Below are positions 50,580 to 62,407 of a stretch of 64,000 nucleotides of DNA, one piece after another (the first letter of the stretch is position 1; every line of letters starts with the position of its first letter). The position numbers were made by a program, and so were the translations under genes. Source of the DNA: Eledone cirrhosa (taxonomy: Eukaryota). The notes under the pieces are model-generated. The model did not search any database, had not been told where the DNA came from, and was given only the letters and a program-made list of their open reading frames with translations. Where the stretch lies: NCBI GenBank assembly GCA_964016885.1, contig OZ024740.1, forward strand, positions 56,172,001-56,236,000, in the 5' to 3' direction.

Positions 50580-50881
50580 CACTATTAATAATTATTAATG
50601 CACTCGTGCAATGCCTGTGCGTGACGAATATTTTTAAAGTGAGGAAAGACTGTACACTGAGCCAATCCCACTCTCTGAGCGTCAGTAGCTATAACCCGAA
50701 AAGAAGAAAAGGTCAACATCATCAGTAACTACTGAGCCGCAGGTTTTATGTCGGAGTTAACCCAGTTTCCTGAGATGCCTTCTCCTAGAAGAATGCCCTG
50801 ACAAGGGCTAGGGGTTCTTCACTCCCAGTGGTTTCACTGCGCGATCGGGCATCCAGCCTGATTATTTCTATGTCCCCGCGC
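50580..50881 (-). mobile_element. 5'UTR of the RTE at 47230-48793, displaced by the Dong-like insertion
   Basis: Same strand, directly upstream once 48812-50578 is removed; contains TCTAGGAGAAGG; homologous to the family B 5' part. Confidence 0.7.
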
Positions 50882-51162
50882 AAAAAAAAAACAAAAAAAA
50901 AACTCACTTCTTGACACTTATACGTACGACATACACACACGCGCATACATACGGGTGCACACACACGCATACATAAGCGCACACACAGCAACACTCATAC
51001 ATACAAACAAACACACACACGCTATTCACTTACACACACATATATATATATTACCGTCATTACTGATACAAGATTACAAGATTATGTCAACTGTTGACTT
51101 TCAAGAGTTTGTATAGTTGAAGCCGTTCGTATTACAGTCCAGTATTATTATAATTGCTTTAC

Positions 51163-51312
51163 AGCATAGAGCTATGGCTCTCCACGCTCTGAGCTTAAAT
51201 CCCGCCGAAGTCAACCTTGCCTTTCAGCCCCACGGTGTCAACAAAAGCGAGTACCAGTAATGCGCTGGACCAGTCGCTAGATCCGTGCCAAAAGCAGAAA
51301 AATTATTATTAT
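51163..51312 (+). mobile_element. Truncated tRNA-derived SINE (Meta-like core)
   Basis: AAATCCCGCCGAAGTCAACCTTGCCTTTCA..GTGCCAAAAGCAGAAA plus (ATT)n; another fragment at ~39395-39520. Confidence 0.7.
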
Positions 51313-51455
51313 TAAAGTTTGTCTTCTTAAGGCCCGGTCGCTGGTGATGGTGATGGCGGCGGTGGTGGTGGTGGTGGTGGCAGTTGATGTTGTTGTGTTG
51401 TGTGAGTTTTTTTGTTTGCGGGTTTTTTTTACATACATACATACGTACATACATA

Positions 51456-51564
51456 CAAACATTCTTACGATTCAAGGGATGACAATTTCTTTTCTTTTAC
51501 AATCTTGCCACCAGGAAGGTGGCCGGTCAAAAAAAATATATTTGAAATTAAGAGAAAGAGATAA
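51456..51564 (+). mobile_element. 3'-terminal ~110 bp copy of the R4-clade LINE
   Basis: Matches 56760-56868; (CATA)n on both sides. Confidence 0.82.
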
Positions 51565-51606
51565 CATACATACATACGTACATACATACGTACATACATA
51601 CATACA

Positions 51607-51640
<34 letters not shown>

Positions 51641-51653
51641 CATACATACATAC

Positions 51654-53020
51654 ATGGTGGCTGCTAACTCATTTTCGAGTACGGTCACTACTATATATCC
51701 ATGTAGGAGAACTACTACCGATGCGCTGAACGAGTGTGACTTTTTAGTCCAGCCAGCTACTTGAAAACTCTGGTACAAACACTGCATTTGTGACAATTAT
51801 TGATACATAGTGCTGGGCCCATGGTACCATGTGATGAAAAGTGCAGAGATCTCCAGATATAAAGCAATGCCTGTGCTGTGAAGCTTTTATAGTGAGCAAA
51901 GGCACTGCACAAAGCCAGTCCCACTCTCTTAACCAAGATGATATTTACCAAAAAGAAGAACAGGTCAACATCATTGGATACCATCAGGGTTGCAGGTGTT
52001 ATATCAGAGTTTTCCTTCTCCTAGAATTCTGCCTTGACAAAGGCTAAGGGTTCATCTCTCCCGGTGATTTTGAATGGCCATTGACCCTCAAGAGCTCCTT
52101 TGCCCTTTGACAGGTTTTGTTTTTAGTCCTGCAGGATGTCTAAAGTCACCCTCCTCACCAAGAAACCTTGGTGGGGTTGCCAGTTTAGTCGCCAACGACC
52201 CGACCATGAGACAGGTTGTACTTGGATACATGTTACCAGTAGCACCAACTGGTGACCTGACACACATACATACATACATACATACATACATGGTGGCTGC
52301 CAACTCGTTTTCGAGTATGGCCACTACTTTATATCCATGTAGGAGAACTCCTACCGATGCGCTGAACGAGTGTGACTTTTTAGTCCAGCCAGCGACTTGA
52401 AAACTCTGGTACAAACATTACACTTGTGACAATTATTGACACATAGTGCTGGGCCCATGGTACCATGTGACGACAAGTGCAGAGAGATCTCCAGATTTAA
52501 AGCAATGCCTGTGCCGTGAAGCTTTTATAGTGAACAAAGGCACTGCACAAAGCCAGTCCCACTCTCTTAACCAAGATGATATTTACCAAAAAGAAGAACA
52601 AGTCAACATCATTGGATACCATCAGAGTTGCAGGTGTTATATCAGAGTTTTCCTTCTCCTAGAATTCTGCCTTGACAAAGGCTAAGGGATCATCTCTCCC
52701 GGTGATTTTGGATGGCCATTGACCCTTAAGAGCTCCTTTGCCCTTTGACAGGTTTTGTTTTTAGTCCTGCAGGATGTCCAAAGTCATATATATCTGTTCT
52801 TTTATAGTTGTATGTATGTATGTATGTATGTATGTATGTATGTATGTATGTATGTATGTATGTATGTATGTATGTATGTATGTACGTACATACATACATA
52901 CATACATACATACATACATACATACATACATGGTGGCTGCCAACTCGTTTTCGAGTACGGCCACTACTTTATATCCATGTAGGAGAACCCCTACCGATGC
53001 GCTGAACGAGTGTGACTTTT
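51654..53020 (-). mobile_element. Three family A copies: 51654-52260 (full), 52290-52786 and 52930-53020 (5'-truncated)
   Basis: All share the same 3' end and (TATG)n tail; variable 5' truncation is typical of target-primed reverse transcription. Confidence 0.88.
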
Positions 53021-53116
53021 ATACATACATACATACATACATACATACATACATACATACATACATACATACATACATACATACATACATACATACATAC
53101 ATACATACATACATAC

Positions 53117-56100
53117 GATTCAAGAACAACGTTTAAAACACAGTTGTAGAATTAAAAACTAACTGAAAAGAAATATTACCCAAGCTGTGAATAACTTTAA
53201 ATTTGATTCTGACAGAACTTTGTCGAAACTTTTAAAGAAGATCATCGACTATTTTGAAAACTAAATACAAAATATTAGTGAATAGACGAACTCATCATGG
53301 CAAAACGTACAAGTCTCCTTCGACCAAATCGCAACTACAACCGTTGTATACAATGGAGCTACGAGCTTAACAAAGAATTATATGAAGCATACAAACAATC
53401 TGAACCCCAAAAAGTTCGGTTTTATGCAAAGGCTAAAAACTTTATAGAACTCCAAACACCCAGAATTAGACTTTTCTCCAAAGCATTTAAATGAACAGGC
53501 AAAACGTATCATTAGATGTAAATTGATACATCTAACGGAATTGAGTGATACTACACATACAGCCCTTGTAGACAACCACCCCACCTCCACTGACAGACAA
53601 AGAGAATGGCCAGCTAAATCTAACAGTGAACAGCTCACCAACAATGTTGCTGAAATCCATCCCACTGCCACTGAAGAACAGCGAGAATGGTCAGCTAACT
53701 CTAGTAGTAATTGTCACCACATCAACAACGAGGCTGAAATTCATGACTCTACTGTACAAACAGAGCACAAAAAACTTGTGAACACCTTACAAGTGATATG
53801 GGACGATATATTTCAAGAGATACACAGCCTTAATGTGAGTGAGAGACCATACAACACCAGAATCAGTAAAGAACCCACTAAATTGGAATTGGAAGCAGTG
53901 AACGAAATAGCTGGCAATTATCTGAAGGATATACGATCTAAAGGTGTAGAAACGACATTTGAAACGTTTAATATTTTGTTATATGTTTCAGCTGTCACAT
54001 TGCTATCTTATAACACACATCTAAAACCACGCAATCAAGTTACAAACAAAAAGCCTGAACCAGCGTGGATGCGAAATTTAAAAAGCAAAATTTTGTCCCT
54101 GAGACGAAGTATCTCACACATCGCAGTTGTTATGAAATGCAACATAGAGAACAACTTCACACGACACCAGGAAAACCTAAAAAAAAGTTAGAGAGACGAT
54201 TTGGAGATACAAAATTTAAAACTTTGAACTCCAAATTACACCAGTTGAAAGAACAACTCACAGCTACAACAGAAAGACTAAAATATAAGTCAACAGCACA
54301 TAAACGACAAGTGCTAAATAGATTGTTTGCCAGAGATCCTAAATCAGTTTATCGCAGCTTCGGTGGCAAAAGCTCAATCTCTGTAAATGACACCCCTTCA
54401 AAAGAACAGGTTGAGAGCTACTGGAGATCTGTATGGGAAACGGATGACGGATTCTACAGACAAACTAATTGGCTAAAAGAACTGGAACAGGACTACTGCC
54501 AACATGTCCAGACAAAACAATATGACATAGATGGGTCAATACTGGAAACAGCTCTACAGAAAATGTCGAATAGGAAATCATCAGGCCCAGACCTCATTAC
54601 AGGATACTGGTTGAAGAATTTCACTTTCTATCGGCAAGATCGCATACGGCTGTTTACAGAAACCATTAAAGGCACACAAGAACTGCCCAGATGATTATCA
54701 ACTGCCACTACTCTCCTCATTTCCCAAAATAGCCAAACCCCTCTTACCGCCCAATAGCCTGCCAAAACATCATGTATAAATTATATACTGGGTGCCTTAA
54801 CCTGTTCCTACAGGATCACTGTGCTACCAACAACATCATAACACCTGAGCAAGCTGGTGGAAAGAGGGAGGTGTGGAGTTGCATAGATCACCTACTAACT
54901 AATAAAATGATTCAAGAAAAAAACAACAAAGAATCGCAGAAACATGACTGTGGTGTGGCTGGACGATCGAAAAGCATTTGATAGTGTACCTCATGGGTGG
55001 ATTGTTAAGGCTTTACAGTTAGCCAAAGTCCCTCAATCACTGGTAGCTGCTGTTGAACGTCTGACCAAGAACTGGTACACCAATTTGATCCTTAGAGGTG
55101 AGAAGGAGCAGGTTAAGACTGATAAGATTCTTTACCAGAAGGGCATCTTTCAGGGTGATAGCTTGTCAGTGCTACTCTTCGTTCTCTCACTAAATCCACT
55201 ATCTTACCTACTCAGGAAACAAGGTGGACAAAGAAGTGGGTCCAGAAGTATCTCCCATCTTTTCTTTGTTGATGACCTGAAGTTGTATGGGCCAAATATC
55301 AATGACATCAAGAAACAATTGGACCTCATTACATAATTTTCAACCGACATCAAAATGAAATTTGGGGAGTCCAAGTGTGTATATTTGGCAGTAAAACGTG
55401 GAAGAGCTGTGCCCTCCTCTAGAAATCTAGAGATGAACGGCCTGACAATACAACCTCTACAGTCAGGTGACAACTACAGATATCTTGGACAGGATGAGAA
55501 TGTCAGATATGATGGACCCATAAATAAGGAGAGAACCAGAACTGAATACCTCAGAAGAGTAAAGAAAATATGGTCATTAGAACTGTCAACGCACAACAAA
55601 TACATTTCCCACAATACTTATGCTGTGCCAATTCTGACGCCAACATTTGGCCTGCTGAACTGGTCATTGCAAGAACTAAGTGAGATGGATGTTAGAACTC
55701 ACAAACTTCTCAGTGTTACTGGGAACTTTAACATCAATGGTGATGTGGATAGGCTATACTTCTCACGCAAGGAAGGTGGCCGGGGTCTAAAATCCATATT
55801 AACATCATATGAGACCCGGATAGTAATACTGAAGCAACACCTTCAACAGAGGAAAAAGGTTAGCAACCATCTTGCCCAGGTTTATGAGCATGAAAAAAAA
55901 TATATCATTAGAATAGCCACTGATCTGGAGGAGAGATATGGAATAAAGCCTGATATAAATCTCTCACACAGAGAAATCGGAAGATCCTATTCAATGTTCA
56001 AACAAGATGAAAAAATTGACCAATTTACAGAAAAAGTTGTGCATGGATACTTGAGACGTAAAACACAGACCATAGAGGGGATAAACCACTCAAAAAGCCT

Positions 56101-56868
56101 GGCATGGAGTTCCGACAAGTTTATGACATCACACCTTGAGGGATATCTCTATGCAATACAGGAACAAGAACTCCCTACCAAATATCTGCTGTACAAATGG
56201 GGAAGGCCATCAGCTGACAATAAATGTAAAACAAAGATCGAGGATGTAAGCCACATTGTTGCCAGCTGCGAAAGAATGTCATCTCGCTACTACCTCTCCA
56301 TGAGACACGATGGGATAGCTAGAACCATCTGGAACGCACTTCGGAAAACAAAGTTAACAACAAACGAGGAAGAATATATTGAGACAGATGGCACTAAGGA
56401 ATACTGGTGGAACCTGAAAATAAAAACTGCCACCAAATTAAAGCACAACCGGCCTGATATTGTTGTTTGGGACCACACATTGAAAATGTGTTCTGTTGTG
56501 GAGATCAGCTGCCCACTTGATGTAAACGTTGTCAGAAAAATACAGGAGAAGGAGGACATCTACGGACCATTGATGAGGAGTTTACAAATCCAGTATCCAA
56601 GATCACCTTTAGCTTCATACCCATCATTATTGGAGCTACGGGTTATATACCAACCCGCTTGGACCAAAGTATGACTGAACTTGGATTTGCGGACAAAGAG
56701 CGCAGCTCCCTAATTCATAGTCTACAAATGGCTGCGATAGCTGGCACCTTCAAAATTTGCAAAACATTCTTGTGATTCAAGGGATGACAATTTCTTTTCT
56801 TTTACAACCTTGCCACCAGGAAGGTGGCCGGTCAAAAAATTGTACTCGAAATTAAGAGAAAGAGATAA
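53117..56868 (+). mobile_element. Apparently full-length R4/Dong-clade RLE non-LTR retrotransposon embedded in (CATA)n
   Basis: A single long ORF broken by frameshifts (53297 to ~56787); ~180 nt leader; ~80 nt 3'UTR; long (CATA)n upstream and short (CATA)n downstream. Confidence 0.92.
53297..56787 (+). pseudogene. RT + CCHC + PD-(D/E)xK restriction-like endonuclease polyprotein, frameshifted
   Basis: KSSGPDLITGYWLK, EQAGGK, WLDDRKAFDSVPHGWI, GIFQGDSLS, HLFFVDDLKLY, YRYLG, RKEGGRGL, EDVSHIVASC, RHD, NRPDIVV, VEISCP. Confidence 0.92.
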
Positions 56869-56889
56869 CATACATACATACATACTATG

Positions 56890-58290
56890 GAATTCTTTTC
56901 ATTCTTTTCCGTCGCCCACATATTCCTGTGTAGGGGCTTCAAGCACTCCTTCCAGTGAGTCCTGTGAGAAGCAACTATCTCAAATTTATCCGTTTGAATC
57001 CCCAAGCGAGAGCAACTGAACTCACGGATGTTATTCAGCCATCTTGTTCGGGGTCTACAACTGGTTCTACTTACAGTTAGTATAGCCCGTAAAATCTATA
57101 CAACATCTCTGAAACATTCAGACCACACATCCGTAATATCGGAGCTGTGATCTTTCTATTCGAAGAAGTAACGGCTCTACGTTAAAGGACTCGCTCGAAT
57201 CTGAGCGACGCACTCTATCGAATAATATTACTTTAAAGACACTTCGGGTAAACCCCATTTAAACAGCGTTGCATTCGTGATCGTATTTTTTTGGTCCTTG
57301 CTCAAGATTCAGGCCATAGGTAAGGGTTTGCACGAATACCGAACTGAAGATAGCGAGTTTGATTTTTACACCTACGTCCCTTTTTCTAATGAACGAATGC
57401 TGAGCTGCTGCACCACTGCACCAGCACCTACAATTACTGCATTTAATTCAGACTCCTGTAATCTATAACTCGTGAACATGGTCCTGAAATAATTGAAATT
57501 CTCCACCTGATTTACTGGACCTCTACTCACATGTAGAGTGCATTGTGCACGTTTCCTTGAGAGGACAAGTTTCTCATTCTTTACTGTACTAGTTTTCATT
57601 CCTGTCGTGCAACAACCGGCAGGAAACCTATCGTGCATGTCTGAGAATATCTTCTGACGAGGTAAGTAATACCAGTCTCGATAGCCGTTCCAACTCGGCA
57701 GTGTATCTCAATCTTGTCCGTGCAGTTTATGGACAGGAGTGGGGATGGTATGCATTCTTGGCGGAGACCGACACTCACATTGAATGGTTTTAACTGAACA
57801 CTATTTATCTGAACACAAAAACGAGGGAATTTCATAGAGGCATCAATACAACAAGAAGCTGTCCATCGATACCATACTTGTGCAGGCCCTGTGGGGAACG
57901 GAGTCTTTCGGGTGTATACGAAACAAGCATACAAATCCTGGTAATATTCCCGCGATTTCTCAAAGACTTTCCGTACTGTGAATATTTATTTGGGCAAAAT
58001 TTCGTCCTGGACAAAATCTGTCTCAGCTATCTTGGACTCAATAAAACCTCATATCGCTTTGCCAGACACTTAACATAGACTTTACCGAATGCACTTAACA
58101 AAGAGATCTCTTTATGATTGGAGCAATCTCTCTTGTTACTCTTTTTAAAAATTGGGATTATCACACCATTTGCCACTGCTTAGATGCCTTTCTAGAGATC
58201 CAGGCCAGCCAACACACATCTATCAGCCACAGAATACCTTCTCTTTTTAAGGCTTTTAACATCTCGCGCCGAATTTCATCCTCTCCAAAC
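56890..58290 (-). pseudogene. Highly decayed RTE (Rex3/Expander-like) fragment related to 17065-19020
   Basis: KPFNVSVGLRQECIPSPLL, NQVENFNYF, ELNAVIVGAGAVVQQL, MYACFV. Confidence 0.72.
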
Positions 58291-59149
58291 TCAAAGTATT
58301 AAAATTTAATGAGTATATATTTTTATTTGCTTGGCACCAGTGACGTCGCAACTCATTTCTACAGCTGAGTAAACTGGAGCAACGTGAAATAAAGTGAGTA
58401 TATATATATATTTATTAAAATAACAGATTAAAGTTTAAGCAAAGAATCGCTGCTTTCACCCTTAATGGGATCTTCTGAAACTAAAAAAGTCAATCTGTGA
58501 ACGCAGAAGTAAATATTTCAAAAAGCGTTGCAACCGGAGGAAGACAGTAAGACGATACTTTGGTTCGTGGAAACGTTCCCTGGCAAAGAACGGGAAAAAA
58601 CGAAGATAATATTTGGATTTTAGTCTTCAAATTTATTATTACTATATATATATATATATATATACAGACATGTGTATGTGTGTGCGCGCACGTGTGTGTG
58701 TCTGTGCAGGTGTGTGTATATGTGTGTGTGTATTTGTATGTTTATTTGGATAGTAGTTCTGTGGAGAGACTGTGATGTTGAATATTTACGAAACAAAATT
58801 ATTGAATGCAATTTTTGAAGGTTAAAAAAATGAGGCCTGCATAACTCCACTAAATATATATTGTTAGTTTGCATGAATGATACAGCTGGGGGAAAAATAG
58901 TATAAGGGGAATTAGATACTGTGTGCGACTAAACTGATATGGGCATGTGATATGTGTAGAAGACGAGAGTTGAGTGAAGAAATACCAAATGATCAAATTA
59001 GAAGGAATCTGTTGAAGAGACAGAATATGGAAGGCATTTGGGAATGCTGAACTCAAGATGCTGAACATCTACCGAATAGATGATGAGACGTTCTACTGAA
59101 GAAGACCTATACAACCCATGTCAAAATGCAAACATAAAAGTTATTATCA

Positions 59150-59549
59150 CTCGGTAGAGGGTCGGACGCAATGCTTTGCAACATAGAGTTACGGCCCTCT
59201 ACGGTCTGAGGTCAAATACCGCCGAGGTTAACTTTACCTTTCATCCTTACGGGGTGGATAAAATAAAGTACCAGTAATGCACTGGGGTAATTGCTGGCCT
59301 TGTGCTAAAAAGTAGAAACAATTATTGGGACGCCAAGGGTGATGAATTTACAGTATCAATAGAGAGTCGGACGCCCTGCTTCGTGGCATAGAGTTGCGGC
59401 TCTTTCCGTTCTGAGTTCAAATCCCACCGAGTTAGCGTTGTCTTTCATCCTTACGGAGTCGATAAAATAAAGTATCAGTCATGCACTGGGGTAGATTTAA
59501 TCGACTTTCCCCTCCTCCAAAATTCTTGACCTTGCACCTACAATTATTA
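59150..59549 (+). mobile_element. Two tandem tRNA-derived SINEs (~59150-59327 and ~59328-59549)
   Basis: Both carry the B box and Meta-like core with AATTATT tails. Confidence 0.82.
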
Positions 59550-61053
59550 TGTGTGTGTGTGTGTCTATATAGGGACCGCATATAAGTACTGTCATGTACA
59601 TTATCTTTGTCAGATTTGCTACAAATTAAACAATAACAATGCAATGTCAAAAATTTGGAAATTGGATAAAAGAATTGTTACCATGATAACCACGCTGTTG
59701 CAGGGGAGGCGAGGTAATTACTATAGCAACCGTTGCCATGCAACTCAAAGCACATACATTACTTTGGTAATGTTGTTTGGCGATTTTCTTTCCGTTACAA
59801 AGGCTGATCAAATTCTGTAACAAGAAAAATCAAAACGATATCACCATTTCATACCACCTGTTCATCTCCTGTTGTTTCCATGACAACGGGGAAATTGTAT
59901 TCTAATTCATTTATGTGAGCATTTAAGAGGATAAATTGTAGGAAAAGTCACCAAATTTCAGGGAAAAATCTGCTTCCTTTCAAAAGTTATGCAAATAGGG
60001 TTAAGCATCCTTTGTAGAAAATAGTTTTGGAACCAGTGACTTAGAGATTATAGAGCCATGTAAGAGAGCCTTAACATTGCAGCTATGTCGGCTAGAAATA
60101 CAAGCTGATTCCCCTTCAAATTAGCGTTTTGAAAGGAAAGGGAAACATTTAATAGTGTAATTCTAGTTAAATATCTGAACGGAAAAAAGATACAAATTGA
60201 CATGACTGCAGCCACTTTGATCATACATCTAATCAATCAAAATTGACCTGAAGCTAAAGGACAACATCTATATTGTGTTTTGGATTTATAGGTTATTTCT
60301 AGTACAGCTTGTGGGATCTAATTTATGCAGTTAGCTACAATTTGGACTGTGTAGTTTGGTGTCTTATGAATATTATTACGCAGAATACTTTTCACTATCA
60401 ATGTCGATCAACATAATCTCAGCATTGACGTTGAGGAAGATTTATGGCTACATTAGTGTTTATACGAAATTTAGATGTGTGTTATCTCTGTTAATCTTCG
60501 ACTATGCTATATTTAAATATATGCTTTTACTGAGTTAAATTTTTTTTTTACTAACCCGGATCTTTTTTCACTATGGTTCAGTTTAGTAAGTTATAAATAC
60601 TTACGCAAAATAATGAATTTTTTAAATATATATCATACGGGTAAAATATAGGGAAAAGAAGTTGAAAATGCAAATAGAGTCTTGAAAAGGATTGTACAAT
60701 AATTTATAATTTTACTGGATTCACAAATTTCGTGATTTTCAAATTTTATGAGAGATGGAGAGATGTGAGTCTATGCAGTCGTGTACCTCGTATCTCATGT
60801 GCAATATCCGATGACATAGCCACAGATGCTATGGTGTTGAAGTCAGGTTGGCGGGATGGTTAATGTTGGTGAATCAGCCATTCCCCTCAGTGTCAAAACT
60901 GGATTCGTACGGATTGAACTCACAGCTTGAAAACGACATTAATGAATGCGGTCTGGAGAATTACCCTATTTGCAACACACATAACGCTTCGCCCAGTCCG
61001 GGAATCGAACTCACAACCTCACGATTGCGAATTCATTTCTCTAACAACTCAGC

Positions 61054-61124
<71 letters not shown>

Positions 61125-61161
61125 ATACTTATATATATATATATATATATATATTGTTATA

Positions 61162-61194
<33 letters not shown>

Positions 61195-61202
<8 letters not shown>

Positions 61203-61555
61203 ATACTTTGGGAGGGTCATGTTGCCAATAAGAAACACACGCACCAGTAGCTTTCACTTCAATTTATTATATATTTATAAATTTATAAATTTACAAACTT
61301 ATAAATTTCTGGTTGGTTGGTTGGTTCCACAACCAGATAGTTGTTTATATATAGTCATAGTCCTTTCGTCACACACTCTGTGACCTCTTCAGTGACTGGG
61401 GATTCCTTTCTTTGTTTCTGTGCCTTTCCTTTCTTCTATCCTACGCCATTTTGTTTCTGTGTGTGTGCTGTGTGCTCAGTTTGCGCATGCGCCACATCCG
61501 GGTGTCTGTGTGTGTTTGTTATTGGCAACATGACCCTCCCAAAGTATAACAATAT
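61195..61555 (-). mobile_element. Solo pLTR of the PLE family at 20075-22450, with 37-bp terminal inverted repeats
   Basis: The interior aligns with ~22150-22450 in reverse; 61195-61231 and 61519-61555 are perfect reverse complements. Confidence 0.85.
61353..61397 (-). ncRNA. Minimal type I hammerhead ribozyme
   Basis: AGTCA-CTGAAGA-G-GTCACA GAGTG TGTGAC-GAAA-GGAC-TA-TGACT. Confidence 0.78.
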
Positions 61556-61609
61556 CGGTTTCAACACACGATTTCAGATAAAGAATCTTGCTAAACAAAT
61601 TCAGAAACG

Positions 61610-61672
<63 letters not shown>

Positions 61673-61689
61673 ATGTATATGTATATCTA

Positions 61690-62165
61690 TATCTAAGGCG
61701 GGTAAAATTCCCGAGATCCATGGACGAGTTCTCTCCAGCGGTCTCTGTCCCTCTTATCGCTGCCATGTCCTGCGTCTCCAACAGACCAGTGTCTGTCCTT
61801 AGGCCATCAACATGCGTTAAGCTTGGTCTTCCTCTTCTAGTGTGTCCATGTAGGGGCTCCCAAAGGAGCACTGAGTGCAATGTCAACTCTGGATGTCGGT
61901 GAGCATGTCCAGCTAACCTCAGTCTCCTCTGTGTCACTTTTGAGCTGACTTTTGGGATGCTCCCATACAGCTCTGAGTTTTTCATCCTCAGTGTATACTG
62001 ATTAATGTTCAGAGCCATCCTCAACATTCTCGTGTAGCACCCATCCACCATCTGAGTGAGTTTCTTGGTCAGTGTCCAAGTCTCAGACCCATACAGCAGC
62101 ACAGACTCCACTACAGCAATGAAGAGGCGGACTTTCAGGTCTCTACGAAGGTCCGACTTCCACAC
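61690..62165 (-). pseudogene. 3' fragment of an RTE-group (RTE/Proto2-like) LINE
   Basis: WKSDL..LKVRLFIAVVESVLLYGSETWTL, DGCYTRMLRMAL, RRLRLAGH, RRGRP; open frame. Confidence 0.82.
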
Positions 62166-62172
62166 CGATCAC

Positions 62173-62348
62173 AACGAAAGAATTGTGGTAACGCACCAGA
62201 GTACTCAATACTTAGGGTAGTAGAGTGGGTAATAGGAAAAAGTATGACCCCGACGGCAGAGCTCAAGCCGTTTCGACGGCTATTTCTGGACTCTGAGTCC
62301 AGAAATAGCCGTCGAAACGGCTTGAGCTCTGCCGTCGGAGTCATACTT

Positions 62349-62352
<4 letters not shown>
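62173..62352 (-). mobile_element. Half-hammerhead PLE-type fragment with a 57-bp fold-back inversion
   Basis: Arms 62236-62292 and 62296-62352 around a 3-nt loop; same family as 11976-12170. Confidence 0.68.

Positions 62353-62407
<55 letters not shown>

Noticed and set aside
41252-53020. CRISPR-like or satellite array of repeats and spacers
   Set aside because: The units are 5'-truncated retroelement copies separated by microsatellite, in eukaryotic DNA with no cas genes.
53116-53124. CGATTCAAG shared between the R4 element 5' end and its stop-codon region
   Set aside because: Only 8-9 nt; compatible with chance, so not treated as a terminal repeat.
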